Assembly: GCA_051382295.1 (NCBI GenBank)
Contig: JBBCAW010000008.1
Coordinates: 128,001-192,000, forward strand
DNA from: Bdellovibrionota bacterium FG-1
GTDB lineage: Bacteria; Bdellovibrionota; UBA1018
Reading direction: 5' to 3'
Length of the DNA: 64,000 nucleotides
A program made the position numbers and the translations under genes. The notes under the pieces are model-generated. The model made no database searches, was not told the origin of the DNA, and worked only from the letters and a program-made list of their open reading frames with translations. Below are positions 9,823-18,942 of this stretch, piece by piece (within the stretch, counting starts at the first letter, position 1; each line of letters opens with the position of its first letter).

Positions 9823-10728
9823 CGGTTTCTCCACCGACGGCTCATTGACAAAAATCACATACTCCGCCAAATCTCCGTAACGCGAATCTCTCAGGAGCCC
9901 AGGCAATTCGGACTCGAGATAATCAGAGGTATCAATCAAACGCACCGTGATTGCGACTTCCCCTTTTTGGCGATCCCGCAAGCGGGCCACCACCCCATCC
10001 GAGTATTCAGCATGAAAACTCCCCACCACCAAAAACTTCAATGCGGTTTTGACGTCGTTCACCAAATGATACGCAATCACATCATCCGTTAAGCATTGGG
10101 CCGCAAAATAATTTTCGATTTGCGCAGGAGTCGCATGCCCCCCCTGTTCCATCACCTCTTTGAAGCGGTCATGATAGCCCACGCTTCCCATGACAAAATC
10201 AGGTGGCAACAACCGAGGATCAAGCGCTTCGATACCGCCTGTGACCACCGGGGCTTTTTCTTCCCGCGTCAAATTAACGGCCGCAAGAGCCCCACCCAAC
10301 TCTCGCGTGACTTCCATAATCGGCGCGTAAGTCTCACTGCCTAGGCCATGCTGAAGTCGCTTCAAAAGCTCGCCCACCGTGAACTGACCGGCTTGATACC
10401 TTTGAAAACTGTCATCCACCGACTCGCGTTCAGAAAAACTCAAGAACTCCCATGCGGTAGTAAAGTTTTTCTGCGCAGCTTTCGCACCCACCACTGCACG
10501 AATCACCTCGGCTTGCGCCTGCTGTACTCCAAAATTGTAATGCTTTTCCGCCAAAATCCAAGTTTGCGCAGACCTAGCCACGAGAGGGAGATCGGAGATT
10601 GTCATCTCATGCCCTGTCCTCACCTCGATGACCTTGCCTGCCCACTGGCCTGCCCCCTCGAACGCGAAGCCGCGATGCGAAAAACTCAACATCACCATAA
10701 CGCACACCCCTAAAAGTCGAATCGTCAT
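9808..10728 (-). CDS. ChaN family (EreA/ChaN-like) exported protein
   Basis: Signal peptide, ILAEKHYN, AWEFL, AAQCLTDDVIA, VVGSFHAEY match the ChaN pattern; start set at ATG 10728. Confidence 0.7.
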   Translation of the reverse strand: MTIRLLGVCVMVMLSFSHRGFAFEGAGQWAGKVIEVRTGHEMTISDLPLVARSAQTWILAEKHYNFGVQQAQAEVIRAVVGAKAAQKNFTTAWEFLSFSERESVDDSFQRYQAGQFTVGELLKRLQHGLGSETYAPIMEVTRELGGALAAVNLTREEKAPVVTGGIEALDPRLLPPDFVMGSVGYHDRFKEVMEQGGHATPAQIENYFAAQCLTDDVIAYHLVNDVKTALKFLVVGSFHAEYSDGVVARLRDRQKGEVAITVRLIDTSDYLESELPGLLRDSRYGDLAEYVIFVNEPSVEKPLSNR

Positions 10729-10789
10729 CCTAGAATCTCCCTTCACACCCCTAGCAAATACCATCGGCTTCCATTAGAAACTAGGGATC

Positions 10790-13700
10790 ATGAAAAATTT
10801 TGCAAAAAATCGGACGATTCCTTTTTTGTTTTTTTTCGCGTTGAGCACCTTAAGCCAAGCGCAAACCCGGGTTCACCATCAAATCCAAGTTCAACTCGAC
10901 CCTGCTGCTCATCATTTAGAAGTGGACGATCAAATCACCCTCCCTGCCGAATGGACCAACGGTGATGCACTTCGTTTCACACTCCATGACGGACTCAACC
11001 CAAAAACCTCAGATTCTACGATTCAACTCACCGCCGAAGATCGCGTAGGCGACCAAGATCCTCTCGCGCGCTATTACCATTTGACGCTGCCCCGAGGAAC
11101 GCAGTCCTTTACGCTTCATTATTCGGGCGAAATCTACCATCCCCTTTCGACTCCCGGCGAAGAATATGATCGCGGCTTTCAAGATACCCCTGGCCTCATT
11201 GCCGCTGAGGGCGTTTTTCTTTCCAGTGCCACGTCCTGGTACCCACGATTCGACAGCGAATTAGTGACCTTCTCAATCCAGACCAATCTTCCCGTCGAGT
11301 GGAAGGCTGTTTCACAGGGCAATCGCATCGAAAATCATTGGGAATCGCCCGAGCCCCAGACCGAAATTTACCTGATTGCCGGCAAATGGACCGAATATGA
11401 GCAAAATGCCAATGGCCTCAAAGCCCTGGCTTTTTTGCGAACCCCGGACCCCACACTGGCCCAACAATACCTCGACGCCACCCTTCAATACGTCAAAATG
11501 TACAATGGGCTAATCGGAAATTACCCCTATCAAAAATTCGCCTTGGTCGAAAACTTTTGGGAAACCGGATTTGGGATGCCATCGTTCACTTTATTAGGGC
11601 CAAAAATCATTCGTTTTCCCTTTATTATTAACTCGTCTTATCCTCACGAAATTTTACATAACTGGTGGGGAAATGGTGTTTTCGTAGATTATCAGGGAGG
11701 CAACTGGTGCGAGGGGCTGACTGCCTATTTAGCGGATCACCTGCTTAAAGAGCAGGTTCAGGGAGGAACCGAATACCGCAGGTCGACCCTTCAAAAATAC
11801 ACGGATTTTGTTTCGGCCAATAACGATTTTCCATTGATGGACTTCAAAGAACGATTTAGTTCTTCAACTGAAGCCGTGGGTTACGGCAAAGCCCTGATGT
11901 TCTTTCATATGTTGCGGACTCAATTTGGGGATGAAACCTTTCAAAAGGCGGTGCGGGCGCTCTACACTACCCACAAATTCAATCGCGTCAGTTATGACGA
12001 TATTCGTAAAATCTTTGAGGGAGTCACACAGACCCCCCTCCAACCCACCTTTGACCAATGGGTCCACCGGACTGGCGCACCCGAACTAGCCGTGTCGAAT
12101 GCCCAAGCCCGCCCCGTGGACGCGGGATATGAAATCACGGCTACCCTCCGACAAGTCCAACCTGATGCCGCTTACGAACTCAAGATTCCCGTCGCTATTC
12201 ATCTCGAAGGCCACTCGCGCGCTTTTCAGGCGGATATTACCATGAACACCCATGAAGAAAAGGTGCGGTTCATCGTACCCGCGCGCCCTTTACTATTCGA
12301 TGTCGATCCGGAGTTTGATGTCTTCAGACGGCTCAATCATTTTGAAATTCCACCCGCACTTTCTCAAACCTTTGGGGCGAGTAAAGTCTTAGTCGTGGTT
12401 CCTAGCGATGCCCCTCTTGCACTAAAAACAGCTTACGAAGCCCTCGCTCAATCCTGGTCCCACTCGGCCGATGCCAAAGAGTACGAGGTAAAACTCGACC
12501 GCGAACTGATCACCCTCCCGTCTGATCGAGCCGTTTGGATTTTAGGATTTGAAAATCGATTTGCCTCTCAAATTGCAGGAGGTCTCGAGGAATACAACAG
12601 CGCAGTTACCGATACGACCTTACGAGTGAATGATCAGGTTTTTCCGCGCTTGTCGCACAGTTTTGTGGCTAGCATCCGCGCCCCAGGGCATCCCGATCAG
12701 ACCTGGTCGTGGGTCGCTGGCGCCTCGCCCTCCGCGATCGCCGGTCTTGACCATAAGTTGCCGCATTATGGCAAATATAGCTTTCTGGTTTTCAAGGGTG
12801 ACGAGCCTCAAAACCAAGCCAAAGGAATTTGGCCCACCCTCCATTCGCCGATGTCAGTGGGGGTGTTACAGTCCGATGGAACCCTGACCTCCGGACCTCG
12901 AGCCGCCTTGAAGCCTCGCTCTGCTTTGGCCCCTCTCGCTCCCGAATTTTCTGCGACCTCTATGAAAGAGACCGTCACCTACTTAACTCAAGACCGCCTC
13001 AAGGGCCGCGAACTGGGGACTCCTGAACTCGACGAGATTTCAGTCACCCTTGCCGAAAAATTTGAGAAAGCCGGACTCACGCCTGCTGGAAACCCAGGAT
13101 TCTTTCAAATTTGGAATGAACAACTCCCCACCCCCAAAGGGCAGGCGCTTCTTAAAAATATCGTAGGCGTAATCCCGGGGGCAAATCCTGCTCTCACAGG
13201 ACAAAGCCTAGTGATCAGCGCTCATTATGATCACCTTGGACTTGGATGGCCCATAGCCCACGAGGGCGATGCAGGTAAAATCCATCCCGGGGCGGATGAC
13301 AACGCAAGCGGCGTCGCTATCCTGCTTGAGGTGGCGCGAGTATTTGCTCAGGCCGCAAAGAATGGCCTGCCCCCAGAGCGAACGCTCGTATTTGTCGCCT
13401 TTACCGGTGAAGAATCCGGCCTCTTGGGTTCGAAACATTTTGCACAGCTTGGGGCAGCGCCTTTTGCACCGGTTTCCGGTTTCTTTTCGATGATCAACCT
13501 CGATACCGTGGGCCGGTTAGGGCCAAATAAACTGACGGTTTTTGGAGTGGGGACAGCCCAAGAATGGAATGAAATTTTGTCCACCGCGAGCATGCGCACG
13601 GGGCTTTCGATGGATCCAGTGATGGCGAATATCGGCGCCAGCGATCAAAACAGATTTTGGGCGATCGGCGTGCCAGCACTTCAGTTCTTTAGCGGCGCTC

Positions 13701-14155
13701 ACGCGGACTACCACCGCCCCACCGACACCATTGATAAACTCGACTGGAAGGGAATGACCCAAATCGCTGCCGCCACCTACGAGATCACAAGAATTTTATC
13801 CAATCGAAGCGCCCCACTGACCGCGACCCTCAGCCCGGCGCCAGGCCCATCGGAGCCTGATCATCCACGCAAAGTGTTCTTAGGAACTGTGCCTGATTTT
13901 GCATTTAGTGGACCGGGCATCAAAGTGAATTCAGTCGTTGCGGGATCGCCAGCGGACCAAGCGGGGCTAAAAAGCGAAGACATCATCATTCAAATTGATC
14001 AGGTTAAAATCGCTAATTTAAAAACGTATTCGGATTTTCTCAAGACGCTCAATCCCGGAGATTCAATCGAAATCATTTTTTTGCGAGAAGGCGACCAGCA
14101 CCTGACTCACGCCACCCTCAGTCCGCTTTACCAATCGCAAACGGCCTCGAACTGA
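10790..14155 (+). CDS. Secreted M1 aminopeptidase - M28 peptidase - PDZ fusion
   Basis: GFGMP, HEILHNWW...WCEGL (M1); SAHYDHLG, GADDNASG, FTGEESG, NLDTVG, YHRPTD (M28); FLGTVPD...GSPADQAGL (PDZ). Confidence 0.9.
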   Translation: MKNFAKNRTIPFLFFFALSTLSQAQTRVHHQIQVQLDPAAHHLEVDDQITLPAEWTNGDALRFTLHDGLNPKTSDSTIQLTAEDRVGDQDPLARYYHLTLPRGTQSFTLHYSGEIYHPLSTPGEEYDRGFQDTPGLIAAEGVFLSSATSWYPRFDSELVTFSIQTNLPVEWKAVSQGNRIENHWESPEPQTEIYLIAGKWTEYEQNANGLKALAFLRTPDPTLAQQYLDATLQYVKMYNGLIGNYPYQKFALVENFWETGFGMPSFTLLGPKIIRFPFIINSSYPHEILHNWWGNGVFVDYQGGNWCEGLTAYLADHLLKEQVQGGTEYRRSTLQKYTDFVSANNDFPLMDFKERFSSSTEAVGYGKALMFFHMLRTQFGDETFQKAVRALYTTHKFNRVSYDDIRKIFEGVTQTPLQPTFDQWVHRTGAPELAVSNAQARPVDAGYEITATLRQVQPDAAYELKIPVAIHLEGHSRAFQADITMNTHEEKVRFIVPARPLLFDVDPEFDVFRRLNHFEIPPALSQTFGASKVLVVVPSDAPLALKTAYEALAQSWSHSADAKEYEVKLDRELITLPSDRAVWILGFENRFASQIAGGLEEYNSAVTDTTLRVNDQVFPRLSHSFVASIRAPGHPDQTWSWVAGASPSAIAGLDHKLPHYGKYSFLVFKGDEPQNQAKGIWPTLHSPMSVGVLQSDGTLTSGPRAALKPRSALAPLAPEFSATSMKETVTYLTQDRLKGRELGTPELDEISVTLAEKFEKAGLTPAGNPGFFQIWNEQLPTPKGQALLKNIVGVIPGANPALTGQSLVISAHYDHLGLGWPIAHEGDAGKIHPGADDNASGVAILLEVARVFAQAAKNGLPPERTLVFVAFTGEESGLLGSKHFAQLGAAPFAPVSGFFSMINLDTVGRLGPNKLTVFGVGTAQEWNEILSTASMRTGLSMDPVMANIGASDQNRFWAIGVPALQFFSGAHADYHRPTDTIDKLDWKGMTQIAAATYEITRILSNRSAPLTATLSPAPGPSEPDHPRKVFLGTVPDFAFSGPGIKVNSVVAGSPADQAGLKSEDIIIQIDQVKIANLKTYSDFLKTLNPGDSIEIIFLREGDQHLTHATLSPLYQSQTASN

Positions 14156-15138
14156 GGGTTGGCACCGTGAAATTCAGCGTATTTTCCTTCATCCGTTCGT
14201 AGCGCGGCATCCATCTGCGTTTCACCTTTAATGATGATTTGGGTCGGAGAGATCGCCACGGTTAATCCATATTGAATATCAGCATCGCCATGGGCATATT
14301 TCTGGTTTCCAAGGTCGACGTTGGCCACCCGAAGATGCGCCCTGAGATTGTCCTTAAACTCAACGTACTCGGGACGATCGGCAACGAGCTCATAGGCCGA
14401 GCCTTTCAGAACGGTCAGATCTTTGCTCGGATCAAATCGAAAAATCTCTTTGCCCTTTTGCAGCGCTACTTCGGCCGCGCCATGAGGGAGGACCATCGTC
14501 ATTTTCGCCTCGGGTGCGCCGATGCTCCAGCCTGTAAACCCAAAACTACCCGATAATTTTCCGACGGTGCCTACAGCACTCTGTTTAAACGAAACCAAGG
14601 CAAGACCATTAAAGGTCTGAGTCGATTTTCCATCGACCCCCAAAACCTTGAAAGTCACGCGACCTTCCAACCCTCGTTTCAGAAGACCTGAATTGTATTC
14701 AAGCCAATGGGTTCCATCGAAACTCAGAATGCCGCCGATTGCCCCGCCTAACTCGCGAGCATCTACGAAGTCAAGGGACACCAGAGACTTCACCGAACGA
14801 ATGACTCGAAGCGTGCCGTTTTGAAGATTGGCTTCCATACCTGAAACATCAGCAGACGAAGACAGGGCGGAAAGACCACCCGCAAAAGTGCCTTGGGCCA
14901 AAACCGCATCCGAGCCCAGTTCGCGAACCTCAACTGAGACAGAAGGCCCTTTTTGGGCTAATAACAAGAGTGCCTCGTGCTTGCCGAAATTGCCCTTAGC
15001 CTGAAGAAAAACATCACTTTCGGACTCGGGCATCAAGCTTTCACAGGCGGAAAACAGAAGAACAAAAAAAAGGCCTAACAAGATGAAAAGACTGATCTTT
15101 ATCTTGTAAATTAGCTTTTGCGACGACATAAATAGCAC
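14128..15138 (-). CDS. Hypothetical lipoprotein
   Basis: 336-aa ORF, signal with lipobox-like FSAC, beta-rich composition. Confidence 0.6.
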   Translation of the reverse strand: MLFMSSQKLIYKIKISLFILLGLFFVLLFSACESLMPESESDVFLQAKGNFGKHEALLLLAQKGPSVSVEVRELGSDAVLAQGTFAGGLSALSSSADVSGMEANLQNGTLRVIRSVKSLVSLDFVDARELGGAIGGILSFDGTHWLEYNSGLLKRGLEGRVTFKVLGVDGKSTQTFNGLALVSFKQSAVGTVGKLSGSFGFTGWSIGAPEAKMTMVLPHGAAEVALQKGKEIFRFDPSKDLTVLKGSAYELVADRPEYVEFKDNLRAHLRVANVDLGNQKYAHGDADIQYGLTVAISPTQIIIKGETQMDAALRTDEGKYAEFHGANPQFEAVCDW

Positions 15139-15233
15139 CTCGATAGAACCTCAGGGCATGCCAGTTCTTTCATATTTAACGCTATTTGTCAAATTTGGTA
15201 AAAACTCGCTTTGTTAAGCAATTAACATGCTTC

Positions 15234-15261
15234 TCAAGTCATCTGGTTTTCTCGACGATAG
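15234..15261 (+). promoter_or_regulatory. Candidate sigma28 (FliA) promoter
   Basis: TCAAG-N15-GACGATAG resembles TAAAG/TCAAG...GCCGATAA, just upstream of the RBS AAGGA and start 15286. Confidence 0.45.
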
Positions 15262-15285
15262 GAAATACAGAAGGGAAGGATACCT

Positions 15286-16548
15286 GTGGGCCGGCTTCGT
15301 GCTTTTGCCATCACTGCAACCCTGGGAACCGCTTTGCTCCTCTCCAATAGCAACATGAATGCAGCCTGCCTTTCAAACATCCTGAAGGGCCTCCAGCAAT
15401 GGCCAGGTTCAAAGATAATTGCTTTTCAAGCCGAGGATAAGATCCTTCAAGAACAACTAAAAATCCTTAAAAGTCCGACTAGCGAATTTCTTCTGACCCA
15501 TACCCAAGTCGGTCACACAATCCTTTCACACTTGTCGGATAATAAAATAACACCTCATCCCAAAAAGGACCTCGGTTTTGATTCTGCCGCCTATTTTTCA
15601 TATTTTTCACTCAAAAAAAACATCCGAGGTCATGAAAAAACAGAAGACATCCAACCCTTACTCATTCGCCTCAAAGAGGCGGAAGACGGACTGGCCCACG
15701 TACGGAACGTGAACGGCCGGACGAGCGCGGACCCTCGAAAACTCAACGACGAAGAACGCGCAATGCTCGAGGAATATGCGAAGACCAATCTCATCATCAC
15801 CGAAGGCAAGCCGTTCGAGCTTGCCAAACCGACTAAAGACGCCGAAATTATTTTTGCGGAACGATTCAAACCGTTTGAGGACCCTCCTCCTCACCTGACT
15901 GGCAAAGAAGCCGCCGAGTGGCAGGCCAAAAGCTACTTCGATAAAATGAAGGCCTGCCTACGTTCTATGCCCTCTCAAGCCAAAAAAGAAAAAACCCTTC
16001 GAACCGCCTTGCAACAATTTGTCGTGAACGAGGCTTTTACGGTCGTCGGATATGTGACAGGCTCAGGTCGAAGAAAGGTCGATTGGATCAATCTGCCAAC
16101 CGACTTAGCAGTGGGAGGAGCAGCGTCTTTTATAGAACCCTATTTATCCACGGGAACAGGAACCCTCGGCGTTCGTTATGTGAAAATGGTGGCTTTTGGG
16201 GCGAACAAATCGGAGCTTGAAGGGATCATTTATTATCTCAACCCCAAAAGTGATCCCCATGGCCGCCCAAAACATGAGGTGGCCCGCGAACGGGCCACCT
16301 ATTCAGCTACCTGGGCCGTAGGCAACTCAGCCATCAAAATCGGCCTCTTCACCTTTATCCTGGGCTTGCAGTGCATGAACCAAAGCGTGAAGATGGACAT
16401 GGTCGCGAGTGGCTTACAAATCAGCCATCGCATCGCCTCATCTTGGGGATATTTCTATTTGCGAAATCACATTCTTTCTTCAAGCCCCGATAGTCGCGCC
16501 ACTCCCATCGCCACACCCAGCTCCTCAGATGCAGGGTCTATGAAGTAA
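15286..16548 (+). CDS. Hypothetical exported protein with hydrophobic C-terminal helices
   Basis: 420-aa ORF, RBS, N-terminal signal; no recognisable catalytic motif. Confidence 0.65.
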   Translation: MGRLRAFAITATLGTALLLSNSNMNAACLSNILKGLQQWPGSKIIAFQAEDKILQEQLKILKSPTSEFLLTHTQVGHTILSHLSDNKITPHPKKDLGFDSAAYFSYFSLKKNIRGHEKTEDIQPLLIRLKEAEDGLAHVRNVNGRTSADPRKLNDEERAMLEEYAKTNLIITEGKPFELAKPTKDAEIIFAERFKPFEDPPPHLTGKEAAEWQAKSYFDKMKACLRSMPSQAKKEKTLRTALQQFVVNEAFTVVGYVTGSGRRKVDWINLPTDLAVGGAASFIEPYLSTGTGTLGVRYVKMVAFGANKSELEGIIYYLNPKSDPHGRPKHEVARERATYSATWAVGNSAIKIGLFTFILGLQCMNQSVKMDMVASGLQISHRIASSWGYFYLRNHILSSSPDSRATPIATPSSSDAGSMK

Positions 16549-17857
16549 CAACCATGCGCTTTTCAAACGTGGCGACAAAGCAAACTGCGCCGACGAGTGC
16601 TGAAATGGTGAAAAAAATAAATCCCCCACCCCAACCAAAATGATCGACGATCCACCCCGTCCCTACCCCGGATGCGATGCTGCCCAGATATCCAAACAAT
16701 CCAGTAAATCCCGTCGCAGTGGCCGCAGCATGCTTGCCTCCCGCATCCGCAGCGCACACGCCCACCATCATTTGAGGGCCATAGACTAAGAACCCAACAG
16801 CCCCGAGAGCCAAAGCATCCATCCACGGATAGCCAGGCGGAATCAGCCAAAATTCAAGGACTGCAAAAGCAAGAAGCACCATATAAACGACATTGATGAT
16901 TCCACGGCTATTTTTAAAATATTTGTCAGACAGCCAGCCAGCGAGAACCGCACCACCGATTCCTAAAAACTCAAAACTCGCCGCTTTAATCGAAGCGTTC
17001 GCTACACTTGAGTGCTTCACCTCGACCAAGAAAGTGGGGGCCCAATCCATTGCTCCATAGCGAACCAGGTAGACAAAAAAGTTGGCAATTGCCAGAAACC
17101 AAATCTGCTTATTTTTTAGGACGTGATTAAATAAAATGTCCTTGATGGGATGCTGGTTGTCTAAATTCAAGGTGACCGGAGGATAATCATTGCGATACTC
17201 CTCAATCGAAGGCAACCCCAGTGATTCGGGAGTATCACGTAAACGTTCCCAAAGAAAAACAGCCGCAACTAAAGCAATTGCGGCTGGCACAAAGAAGCTC
17301 GAACGCCACCCAAACTGCTGGGTCAAGACGCCACCCAGAATCAGAATCACCCCGCCGCCCACCTGATGCGCCGTATTCCAGATAGCCCACTTAGTTCCAC
17401 GTTCATTTGGGCTATACCACTGAGTGAGCAAGCGCGCACAGGGAGGCCACCCCATCCCCTGAAACCAACCGTTCAATCCCCAAACCAAACCCAGCATAAC
17501 CAAAGATGAACTAAACCCAAATAGGATGTTAGTCAGTGCCGAAAAAAACAGGCCAATGGCCATAAAATAGCGAGGATTGGCACGGTCGCCGAGGACGCCG
17601 TTAGCCATCTTGCTCACACCATAGGTCAGATATAAGATTGACCAAATGGCACCTATCTGCGTTTTAGAGTACCCGAGATCCTGGATCAACGCCGGTGTCG
17701 CGGCGGATAAATTTTTGCGGGTAAAATAAAAAATCGCGTATCCGATAAACATCGCGTACATCGTCCGAATACGCCAGTGCGTGTACAAACGTTGAATCTG
17801 AGCCGAATCTTTAATTCGTGGCGCCGCCGGTTGAGCCTTCAGGAAAGACCAGTTCAT
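16538..17857 (-). CDS. MFS organophosphate:Pi antiporter (GlpT/UhpC/PgtP family)
   Basis: YFTRKN, QGMGWPP, WYSPNERG, WNTAHQVGG, RDTPESLGLP, YGPQMMVG. Confidence 0.92.
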   Translation of the reverse strand: MNWSFLKAQPAAPRIKDSAQIQRLYTHWRIRTMYAMFIGYAIFYFTRKNLSAATPALIQDLGYSKTQIGAIWSILYLTYGVSKMANGVLGDRANPRYFMAIGLFFSALTNILFGFSSSLVMLGLVWGLNGWFQGMGWPPCARLLTQWYSPNERGTKWAIWNTAHQVGGGVILILGGVLTQQFGWRSSFFVPAAIALVAAVFLWERLRDTPESLGLPSIEEYRNDYPPVTLNLDNQHPIKDILFNHVLKNKQIWFLAIANFFVYLVRYGAMDWAPTFLVEVKHSSVANASIKAASFEFLGIGGAVLAGWLSDKYFKNSRGIINVVYMVLLAFAVLEFWLIPPGYPWMDALALGAVGFLVYGPQMMVGVCAADAGGKHAAATATGFTGLFGYLGSIASGVGTGWIVDHFGWGGGFIFFTISALVGAVCFVATFEKRMVVTS

Positions 17858-17967
17858 GCCGCTTCCTCTTTCTCGATTTGCTATCCTATGCTATAGAGTC
17901 AACGCAACACATGGCATTACGCAATTGGAATTTTGCTTTTTAATCAACTAGATCCTTTTTACCCTTT

Positions 17968-18942
17968 ATGATTTTTACCTTCAATCCCACGCCAGCTCAT
18001 TCTCATTGGATCACTCTTTCAGGACCTGATTCGGAGGATTTTTTACATCGCCTCACGACTGTGAACGTAAAAAGTCTCCCAACAGGCTCGGGACACCCAG
18101 GTTTCTTTCTAACCGCCCAGGGAAAAATTCGAGCGATTTTTGATCTTTGGCATTTTGGACCACAAGATTTCGCTTTTGAAATCAACCCGGGCAAAGGGGG
18201 GCATTGGCGGACTGAACTTTTGGCCGCAATTGATCAATACACCTTTGCCGAAAGATTCACTCTCACTGAGGCCGCCTCACTCGAGTGCCGTTGGTTTTTC
18301 GCTGAAAGCGCTTACGCTTCTGAACTTCTTCAAACTTTGGGAACCCCCCACTTAGCGGCACATCATACCACGGCCCTGGATGAGGAAATTCGCCTTTGCC
18401 ACCATGGCGAACGCCATTATGGCCACACCTGGGTCAGCGCGTGGGGGAGACCCGCACGACTAGCCCAATGGTTCGAACGCGCGCTTGGCTCATCCCCGAC
18501 CACGCCACTCAAATTCGAACAGCTTGAAGCTTGGCGAATCCAAGCCCTTCAACCCGAACTCGATCACGAAATTACTTTTGATACCATCCCACTCGAAGTT
18601 GGCCTAATCCATGGTCTCGACGAGGCAAAAGGCTGTTATCCAGGGCAAGAGGTGATTGAACGCATTCTCTCTTTAGGTTCCCCTGCACGTCGCCTGGCAC
18701 TCATTCATGGACAAGGCACCCCGCCCAAACCGGGAGATCCGATTTTCAATCTAGCTGAACCTCCCATCGAAGTAGGCCAAGTGACAAGCGTGCTGGTGAG
18801 CATCGCGTCCCCCACCCAAGCGGAGAATTTTACCGCTCTGGGTTTTGTCCGAAAAATTCACGCCAAACCCGACCTAGAAGTCCAGTTCACCCCCTCGGAA
18901 AGCCGCGGCCGGATCGACCGGCTCGCGCCTTATGGCCGCTAA
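17968..18942 (+). CDS. ygfZ: Folate-binding Fe-S repair protein YgfZ/GcvT-like
   Basis: GPDSEDFLHRLTT and the signature KGCYPGQE. Confidence 0.85.
   Translation: MIFTFNPTPAHSHWITLSGPDSEDFLHRLTTVNVKSLPTGSGHPGFFLTAQGKIRAIFDLWHFGPQDFAFEINPGKGGHWRTELLAAIDQYTFAERFTLTEAASLECRWFFAESAYASELLQTLGTPHLAAHHTTALDEEIRLCHHGERHYGHTWVSAWGRPARLAQWFERALGSSPTTPLKFEQLEAWRIQALQPELDHEITFDTIPLEVGLIHGLDEAKGCYPGQEVIERILSLGSPARRLALIHGQGTPPKPGDPIFNLAEPPIEVGQVTSVLVSIASPTQAENFTALGFVRKIHAKPDLEVQFTPSESRGRIDRLAPYGR

Noticed and set aside
15147..15165. Sigma54 promoter for the lipoprotein gene (TGGCATG on the minus strand)
   Set aside because: The -12 position reads GG rather than GC.
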